DNA from: an uncultured Verrucomicrobia subdivision 3 bacterium
Lineage (GTDB): Bacteria > Verrucomicrobiota > Verrucomicrobiia > Limisphaerales > UBA11358
NCBI GenBank assembly: GCA_903875465.1
Contig: CAIQWB010000108.1
Coordinates: 1,725 to 65,724 of the forward strand
Length of the DNA stretch: 64,000 nt
Direction: 5' to 3'
Below, in pieces: positions 25,675 to 32,397 of the stretch. The position numbers and the translations under genes are program-made. Below the pieces are notes generated by a model, which did not search any database, was not told the origin of the DNA, and saw only the letters and a program-made list of their open reading frames with translations. Position 1 is the first letter of the stretch. Every line of letters starts with the position of its first letter.

Positions 25675-26937
25675 ATGAAAAAGAACGTTTATAACCAGAT
25701 TTTTGGCGCGATCGCCATTGGCCTGTTTAGCACCCTGCTGGCGGCCCAGGCCCAGCCGCGATTTGGCGGCGGCGGTGGTGGCTTTGGTGGTTTTGGTGGC
25801 GGTTTTGGTGGCGGTGGCTTCGGGGGCAACCGGGGCGGCGCCAGTTCCAGCACCACCGGCCAGTACAACAATAACGGCCAGGTGGGTTCCGCCACTTTCG
25901 CCGTGGATCCCGATACCCACACCATCACGGTGATTGCCGACGAGGAAACCGCCCGGCAGGTCGCCTCAGTCATCAGCAGTCTCGACCAGCCCAAGCGGCA
26001 GGTGCTCATCAAGGTGGTGTTTTTGGAAGTGGACCACAATAATTCCGTGGATCTCGGGCTGGAGGGCGGCTGGACCGGGCCCGTTGGTAATAACAGTGTG
26101 AGCGCCGCGACGGCGTTTCCCTTGACACAATTAAGTGGCACGGCCACCCCCACGCTGAATGCCCTCGGTGGTGCGGCCGGCACGGTGCCCAATTCCTCCG
26201 GGGCCTCCGGCGGCGGTTTCTCGCAAATCGTGGGCAAGGATTTTCAGGTGACGTTGCAAGCCATTGCCAAGGCCGGCAAGGCCGAAATTCTCTCCCGTCC
26301 CTCCATCATGGCGCGGGACGGGCAGCTGGCGGAAATCGTTTCCGGCCAGAGCATTTATTTACCCAGTGGCGTGAGCTACGGAACCATCGGGGCGAGCACC
26401 GCCAGTTCCACCACGATCCCCACCATTAACGGCTCCTATCAAAATGTGGGTATTCAACTCGATGTCACCCCGTTTATTGGCGCCAACAACATGGTGGAAA
26501 TGATCCTCCAACCGCAAAACACCTCGGTGGACACCTCCTCGCCGGGCCAGGAAATCACCGGTGGCAGCGTCTTCTCCTCGGCGATCTATGCGCCGAATAT
26601 CAACAAGAGCTCGGCCAATACGGTGGTGGTCACCCCGGATGCCCAAACGGTGGTGATCGGCGGGTTGATCTCCAATAGCAAGGCCGTGAACAACAATCAG
26701 GTGCCCCTGCTGGGGGACATTCCCATCCTGGGCAATCTCTTTAAGCACAAAAGCACCAGCAACGAGAAAAAGGAACTGGTGATCTTCATCACCCCCCACA
26801 TTCTCCAAAGCCCCGAACAACTGGCGGGCGTGTATGGCACAGAAAAGGGCTCCGCATCATCCTTTGTGACCAATTCCTTCACGGAACAGGAACTGGATCA
26901 TTTTCTGGACAAAGTGCCCGTGAAAAAGAGCCGGTAA
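25675..26937 (+). CDS. gspD: secretin GspD, C-terminal part (half N domain + secretin pore domain) with its own signal peptide
   Basis: Signal peptide MKKNVYNQIFGAIAIGLFSTLLAAQA, then a G/F-rich stretch, then TITVIADEETARQVASVISSLD. Secretin core: QVLIKVVFLEVD..., AEILSRPSIMARDGQLAEI, VVIGGLI...VPLLGDIPILGNLFK...ELVIFITPHIL. Confidence 0.85.
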   Translation: MKKNVYNQIFGAIAIGLFSTLLAAQAQPRFGGGGGGFGGFGGGFGGGGFGGNRGGASSSTTGQYNNNGQVGSATFAVDPDTHTITVIADEETARQVASVISSLDQPKRQVLIKVVFLEVDHNNSVDLGLEGGWTGPVGNNSVSAATAFPLTQLSGTATPTLNALGGAAGTVPNSSGASGGGFSQIVGKDFQVTLQAIAKAGKAEILSRPSIMARDGQLAEIVSGQSIYLPSGVSYGTIGASTASSTTIPTINGSYQNVGIQLDVTPFIGANNMVEMILQPQNTSVDTSSPGQEITGGSVFSSAIYAPNINKSSANTVVVTPDAQTVVIGGLISNSKAVNNNQVPLLGDIPILGNLFKHKSTSNEKKELVIFITPHILQSPEQLAGVYGTEKGSASSFVTNSFTEQELDHFLDKVPVKKSR

Positions 26938-26983
26938 GTTTTGATTGTCAATCATTGCAGTCCGGCTTATCTAACCTGTCATC

Positions 26984-28582
26984 ATGAACGCCCCCCGTCG
27001 CAGCTCCCTGGTTTATGGGCTATTGCTGCTCGTTTGGGTGCTCGTGGTGGGCTGGCAGGTCGGGCAGCATTACCGGGTGCAGGAGACGGCCAAAACCGAC
27101 CTGCGCAACCGTTCCAAGGAAATCGCCAACACTCTGAGCGCGGTGATGCGGGCGATGCGGTTTCGCGGGGGCGTTTTGCAGGAGCGGCTGGAGCCGGTGT
27201 TGAATGAGCTGGTCAACGGCCGCACCAACCAGCTGGTGAAATCCAGTGAACTCCTCTCCGTGGTGCTGCTGAACACCGCCAGCGAACCGCTGGTCAGTGT
27301 GGGGGCGCCCATTGACTTTTCGAATCCGGAAATTTTGCAGGCGGGCGAGCATTGGGCCGGCGGCACGGTTATCTTTGTCAATCCCATCGAAGGGGCCAAT
27401 GTTTCCCCGGATAGCACCAACGGTTCGGCCACGGTGGTCATCCCGTTGCGTGATTTCACCAATGCCCTGCGCGGCGCGGGCCAGGATTTTCCGCGCCGGG
27501 ACCGTCCGGGTCCGGGGCCTGATCGGGCACTGCCGGCACCAGACCAACCGCCCACCAATGAATTCCCCGCGCATGGCAGCAATAACCCGGCAGCCACCGG
27601 CACCGATGGGCCGCCACCACCGGCCGGCGGGGCAGGGGATTCCCGGTTCCGGGGCAATCGCGATGCTAACCGGCGCCCGCCGTGGCTGCGCTGGATGAGC
27701 GAGGATGATTACAAGACCCTGGTGCAAAAGCACGAACTGCACGGTCTCGTGCTGGCCATGTCCACCGAGAAATACCGTGCCACCAGCGAGGATGATTTGT
27801 GGCTGCGCTATAGTATCGCCTTTTTTGCCGGTATTTCCGCCATCGGCCTCGGCCTGGCCTGGCGCAGTATTTCCAAATCCTCGGAATTGCAAATCCGCCT
27901 GATTCGCGCCAGCGAGCTGAATTCTCATCTGCGGGAAATGAACCTGGCCGCCGCCGGCCTGGCCCATGAAACCCGCAATCCCCTGAATATTATCCGGGGC
28001 ATGGCCCAAATCCTTTCCAAACAGCCCAGCGCGACCCCGGAAATCCAGGAAAAATCCTCGGCCATCGTCAATCAGACCGACAAGGTCACGGCCCAGCTCA
28101 ACGAATTCATCAATTACTCCCGTCCCCGCGAGGTTCGTCGCACCCGCCTGGCCCTGACCTCCGCCATCAACGAAGTGGTGCGCACCCTGGGCTTTGACAT
28201 CGAGGAAAAGCAACTCACGGTTGAGACGCTCGGCGACCCACTCCTGATCGAGGCCGACGAGCAATTGCTCCGGCAGGTCCTGTTCAACCTCATTCTCAAC
28301 GCCATTCAGGCCGCCGAAATGAACGGCCACATCCAAATTGTCACCCGCAAGTCCGGGGCCGCCGAGGCGGCGTTGGAAGTGCGTGACAATGGCCCCGGCG
28401 TACCGCCGGAGAATCGCCAGGAAATTTTCAAACCCTACTTCACCACGAACCAAAAAGGCACCGGCCTGGGGCTGGCGGTCGTCCAGCAAATTGTCCTGGC
28501 GCACGGTTGGGAAATCGCCTGTCTGCCCAACGAGCCCAAAGGCGCCATTTTCCGCATCTACCACCTGAAGTTGCTGGCTTAA
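26984..28582 (+). CDS. membrane sensor histidine kinase (NtrB/PilS-like)
   Basis: 532 aa. N-terminal TM segment, an extracytoplasmic region with a Pro-rich stretch, a second TM segment, His box LAHETRNPLNII, and N/G boxes (LILNAIQA, DNGPGVP, GTGLGLAVV). Confidence 0.85.
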   Translation: MNAPRRSSLVYGLLLLVWVLVVGWQVGQHYRVQETAKTDLRNRSKEIANTLSAVMRAMRFRGGVLQERLEPVLNELVNGRTNQLVKSSELLSVVLLNTASEPLVSVGAPIDFSNPEILQAGEHWAGGTVIFVNPIEGANVSPDSTNGSATVVIPLRDFTNALRGAGQDFPRRDRPGPGPDRALPAPDQPPTNEFPAHGSNNPAATGTDGPPPPAGGAGDSRFRGNRDANRRPPWLRWMSEDDYKTLVQKHELHGLVLAMSTEKYRATSEDDLWLRYSIAFFAGISAIGLGLAWRSISKSSELQIRLIRASELNSHLREMNLAAAGLAHETRNPLNIIRGMAQILSKQPSATPEIQEKSSAIVNQTDKVTAQLNEFINYSRPREVRRTRLALTSAINEVVRTLGFDIEEKQLTVETLGDPLLIEADEQLLRQVLFNLILNAIQAAEMNGHIQIVTRKSGAAEAALEVRDNGPGVPPENRQEIFKPYFTTNQKGTGLGLAVVQQIVLAHGWEIACLPNEPKGAIFRIYHLKLLA

Positions 28583-30702
28583 AGCCCGGGCGTCATTAAC
28601 CGGAAAAACCGGCTGCCGGTCGCGGCGGAGTTGGTTGCCCGGCGGGTGGTTCCATCACTGCCAATGCTGCCGTTAAAGCCGGTCCAGCCCCGGGGATTCA
28701 AATTGGTATTCTGCTGCAGGCTCCAATTGGCCCAGCTGGCCGGCCACGAGACGACGACATTGGGGCCGGAGGCATTCAGTTTCAGCAGCGGTAAAAAGCC
28801 GGCGGCGTTGGTCAGGACGGTGAGGGTGCCATCATTCCAATCACCGCTGATCAAATCGATCCGGCCATCACTGTTCACATCGGCTGCGGTGAGCGACTCT
28901 GGTCCGCTGCCGACATTCAGCACGGCGTAAGTGCCGAAACTGCCCGCGCCATTGTTGGTAAGCACGGCGAGCGTGTTGTTGCCTTGGTTCGCGCTCATTA
29001 AATCGGGCCAGCCGTCCCCATTGACATCCGCCACCGTCACGGCATAGGCACTGTTACCGGCCGGATACGTTCCGGCAAACCCAAAGCCGCCGGTCCCGCT
29101 ATTCGTGAGGACCGTCAATCCCGAATCCAGAATCAAATCAGGTTTGCCATCACCATTGATATCCGCGGCGGCCACGCAGGAAATGCCCGCAGCCAGGCTG
29201 GGCAAGGGGGCCGATACCAGGCCGCCCGCGCCATTGTTGGTCCACAGGGTCAGGAAGACGTGGGATCCGGTGGCGGCGCAGAGGACGTCCGGTTTGCCGT
29301 CACCATTGACATCCGCGGTGGCCACCCATTGGGGATTATCCGCACCCGGGGTGCCCGCCTGGCAAGTCGCATTGGAGGCAAAAACACCACCAACCCGGTT
29401 GGACCAGACCGTGAAGGAGGCCGAAAGGGAGTTCGCGCAGATCAGATCCAGCCGGCCATGCCCAAATAAATCAGCGGCGCACACCGAATGGGGCTGGGTG
29501 CCTGAACCTTCCGCCAGCGTGGCCGCAAGGGCGAATAGGCCATGACCGTCATTAGTCAGGACCGTCAATGAATTGCCGGAATTATTGGCCGTGATTAAAT
29601 CGGGCTTGCCGTCATTGTTCACATCCGCAGCCAGGACCTGGTAGGGAAAGGACCCGACGGCGTAGCTGGCATTGGAGGCAAAAATGCCGCCGCCGCTGTT
29701 GGTCCATACGTACAAATAGCTGGGATTGCCCCGCACGGTAATCAAATCCGGCCGGCCGTCGCCATTCACATCGGCGGTGGTGACCGAGCGCACAAAAGGA
29801 CCATTGACCAGGAATGCGGAGAGGGTGAAGGGGGCCTGGGCATTGGTGGGGGCGGGAAGGGCGGTAATTAAGATTTCGCCATGGGGCGATCCATCGGGGC
29901 TGGCAACGCCGGCCACCGCCGGGAAAACCACAATAGCCGAGGGCTCTACGAGGGAACCGCCCCCGCCGCCGCCCAGGTTGTTGCCCCAGCCGCCGCCCCC
30001 GCCCCCGCTGTAACCCCCACCGCCCCCACCACTGCCAACATAGGAACTGCCGCCGCCCCCACCGCCGCCGCCGTAGCCGCCCCGGGCAACTCCCGAACCG
30101 CCGCCCGCGCCACTTAAATAACTGCCCCCGCCGCCGCCGTCCCCCGACCCGCCGCTGCCCAGAAAACCACCGCCGCCGCCGCCGGTATAGGTGCCGTTGC
30201 TGCCGGCGTTCCCCCCGGAACCGCTGGTGCCGCCGGCACCGCCCCCGGGCGTGCCGCCCACCCCGCCGCCGCCGGCAGTGGTTACCGCCGCATCACTTCC
30301 CCCGCTGGCTGCCGCCCCGCCCCCGCCGCCTGCGACCAACAGGGGTGAGCTGCCATTGACCACGAAACTGCCGCCCCCGCCACCCCCGCTGCCCAAGGCC
30401 GATTTTCCACTACTGCCAACCAGCAGGGTGAGGGTGGTGGGCCCGGAAAAGGCAAATCGGGCGGACATTTTGGCACCACGGCCACCACTGTTGCCAAATA
30501 GCATGCTGCCACCGCCTTGCGCGCCATAGGCCGTGATGTCATACAGGCCGGAGGGTAAAGTGATATTCGTCGTCGACCCGCTAAACAGATACGTATTCGT
30601 CTGCGCCCAACCGGTCAGTGGGGGGTAAAACCAAATCAGTGCCACCAGACCAATCAGCATGGCTGGCCAGCTTCTTGAATTTAACAAATATGTGGGTTTC
30701 AC
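28579..30702 (-). CDS. secreted glycine-rich-domain (ALK/LTK GRD-like, Pfam Gly_rich type) + seven FG-GAP/VCBS repeat propeller + C-terminal beta-domain protein
   Basis: GTG start. Signal peptide MKPTYLLNSRSWPAMLIGLVALIWFYPPLTGWA. N-terminal domain YLFSGSTTNITLPSGLYDITAYGAQGGG...LLVGSSG...GGGGGGSFVV..PLLVAGGGGG. Seven repeats of the type (T/A)ADVNGDGKPDLI. The tail ...VVSWPASWANWSLQQNTNL..WTGF...RFFRL is common in PVC secreted proteins. Confidence 0.8.
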   Translation of the reverse strand: MKPTYLLNSRSWPAMLIGLVALIWFYPPLTGWAQTNTYLFSGSTTNITLPSGLYDITAYGAQGGGSMLFGNSGGRGAKMSARFAFSGPTTLTLLVGSSGKSALGSGGGGGGSFVVNGSSPLLVAGGGGGAAASGGSDAAVTTAGGGGVGGTPGGGAGGTSGSGGNAGSNGTYTGGGGGGFLGSGGSGDGGGGGSYLSGAGGGSGVARGGYGGGGGGGGSSYVGSGGGGGGYSGGGGGGWGNNLGGGGGGSLVEPSAIVVFPAVAGVASPDGSPHGEILITALPAPTNAQAPFTLSAFLVNGPFVRSVTTADVNGDGRPDLITVRGNPSYLYVWTNSGGGIFASNASYAVGSFPYQVLAADVNNDGKPDLITANNSGNSLTVLTNDGHGLFALAATLAEGSGTQPHSVCAADLFGHGRLDLICANSLSASFTVWSNRVGGVFASNATCQAGTPGADNPQWVATADVNGDGKPDVLCAATGSHVFLTLWTNNGAGGLVSAPLPSLAAGISCVAAADINGDGKPDLILDSGLTVLTNSGTGGFGFAGTYPAGNSAYAVTVADVNGDGWPDLMSANQGNNTLAVLTNNGAGSFGTYAVLNVGSGPESLTAADVNSDGRIDLISGDWNDGTLTVLTNAAGFLPLLKLNASGPNVVVSWPASWANWSLQQNTNLNPRGWTGFNGSIGSDGTTRRATNSAATGSRFFRLMTPGL

Positions 30703-31008
30703 GGCGTTTCATTTCGGTGCTTGAATTGCGCCAGCGTCGGACCTGGCAACATGGCGCACGCTGGATAAACCAGGTGGCAACCTCTCTGCCCGTGCATCCG
30801 GCGCGGTATGCCATCCAACTGGTGCCCATATTTAAACCATCAGCCAGCCAAGGCAAGGGCTAATACCGTGAGAAAGTCGTTGGCCAGCCTGGCCACCGCG
30901 TATTTAAGCCTCCACGGACCCGGGCCAGCCGACCGCCAGGTGCTCCGGTTGCATGCGTTCATGCTGAATGTCCTTTTGCGGCTGTGCTGGTTCGTTTAGC
31001 TTCCCGCC

Positions 31009-32376
31009 ATGCCGTCTGAATCGCGCAAAAACCAACTGGAAGTGCCCCGGATCCTGGTCGTGGATGATGATCCCGGCCAGCGCAGCCTGCTGCATTCCTT
31101 TTTGAGCAGTCAGGGCTTCCTCATTACCCTGGCCGAGTCCGGCGAGCGGGCGCTGGCTCTGCTGCCCAAGGGCAATTTTGCCATGATGATTTCTGATGTC
31201 CGCATGCCCGGGCTTTCCGGTTTGGAAACCCTCCGGCTGGCGCGCCATGATTTTGCCACCCTCCCGGTGCTGCTGGTCACCGCCTTCCCGGACATTCGCG
31301 ACACCGTGGCCGCCATGCGCGACGGCGCGGTCAATTACCTGGCCAAACCCATTGATCTCGATGAACTGCTGGCCAGCGTGCGCTCGGCCATTGGCCTGTC
31401 CGTCAGCGCCCCGTTGCGCTATGATGCGGAAAAACAGCTCCCGGAGTCCGTGGTGGCCCGCAGTCCCCTGACCCAGGCGGTCTTCCGGGATGCCTCGTTG
31501 ATTGCCCCCTCCGATACCCGGGTGCTCATCACCGGGGAAAGCGGCGTGGGCAAGGAAATTCTCGCCGATGTGATTCATGGCTGGAGTCTTCGCGCGAGCG
31601 GCCCGATTATCAAAGTAAATTGTGCGGCCATCCCGGAAAACTTGCTGGAGAGCGAATTATTCGGCCACGAGAAAGGCGCTTTTACCGGCGCCCACGCCCA
31701 GCGCATCGGGCGGTTTGAGGAGGCGGATCGGGGCACCATTCTCCTTGATGAAATCGCCGAAATGTCGCCTGCGCTGCAATCCAAGTTGTTGCGCATCACC
31801 CAGGACGGCCGGTTCCAGCGCGTGGGTTCCAACCGGGAAATTCATACCCATGCCCGCCTGCTGGCCGCGACGAACCGCAACCTGGAGACCGAGGTGAAGC
31901 ACGCCCGGTTCCGGGAGGATTTGTTTTACCGGCTCAATGTGGTGGAACTGCATCTGCCCGCCTTGCGCGAGCGGCGGGAGGATATTTTACCGCTGGCCAG
32001 CCAGTTCGTCACGGAATTTGCCCGGGGCCGCGCCCGCTTGTCCGATCCCACCGCCCGCTGCTTGGAAAAATACGCCTGGCCGGGCAATATCCGTGAATTG
32101 CGCAACGCCATGGAGCGGGCCGTGCTCTTGTCGCGGGGCGAATTGATTCTGCCCGAGCACCTGCCCGCGCGGGTTTTGGAGGCCGGCAAATCGGCCCTGG
32201 CGGCGGAGCCCAATGATTTGGAACGCCTGGAGGAAATCGAGCGGCAGGCCATTTTCCAAACTTTGAAGCAGCACCAGTCCAATCGTACCGAAACCGCCAA
32301 GGCCCTGGGCATCAGCCGGCGCACGCTGATATACAAACTGCAACGCTTCCGCCAGCAAGGTTTCCAGGAGGAATGA
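31009..32376 (+). CDS. sigma54-dependent response regulator (NtrC/PilR family: REC-AAA+-Fis HTH)
   Basis: 455 aa. REC domain (ILVVDDDPGQ...MISDVRMPGLSG), Walker A GESGVGKE, the sigma54-contact motif GHEKGAFTGA, and a C-terminal HTH NRTETAKALGISRRTL. Confidence 0.92.
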   Translation: MPSESRKNQLEVPRILVVDDDPGQRSLLHSFLSSQGFLITLAESGERALALLPKGNFAMMISDVRMPGLSGLETLRLARHDFATLPVLLVTAFPDIRDTVAAMRDGAVNYLAKPIDLDELLASVRSAIGLSVSAPLRYDAEKQLPESVVARSPLTQAVFRDASLIAPSDTRVLITGESGVGKEILADVIHGWSLRASGPIIKVNCAAIPENLLESELFGHEKGAFTGAHAQRIGRFEEADRGTILLDEIAEMSPALQSKLLRITQDGRFQRVGSNREIHTHARLLAATNRNLETEVKHARFREDLFYRLNVVELHLPALRERREDILPLASQFVTEFARGRARLSDPTARCLEKYAWPGNIRELRNAMERAVLLSRGELILPEHLPARVLEAGKSALAAEPNDLERLEEIERQAIFQTLKQHQSNRTETAKALGISRRTLIYKLQRFRQQGFQEE

Positions 32377-32397
32377 TGGTGGCCCCACCCGGGCGGA

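Noticed and set aside
29990-30340. Highly repetitive GGC/GCC/CCG tracts. They also occur at about 14620..14700, 25150..25260 and 25770..25840. They were considered as possible tandem repeats or a CRISPR-like array.
   Set aside because: They are in-frame Gly codon runs inside coding sequences. They lack a regular repeat-spacer periodicity and there are no cas genes.
30718-30790. Two sigma54-like matches in the divergent region: minus-strand TGGCGCAATTCAAGCA (30718..30733) and plus-strand TGGCAACCTCTCTGCC (30775..30790).
   Set aside because: Both have the GG-N10-GC spacing but poor -12 elements (AAGCA, CTGCC). The first would place the transcription start only a few nt from the GTG start. This is too weak to call without data.
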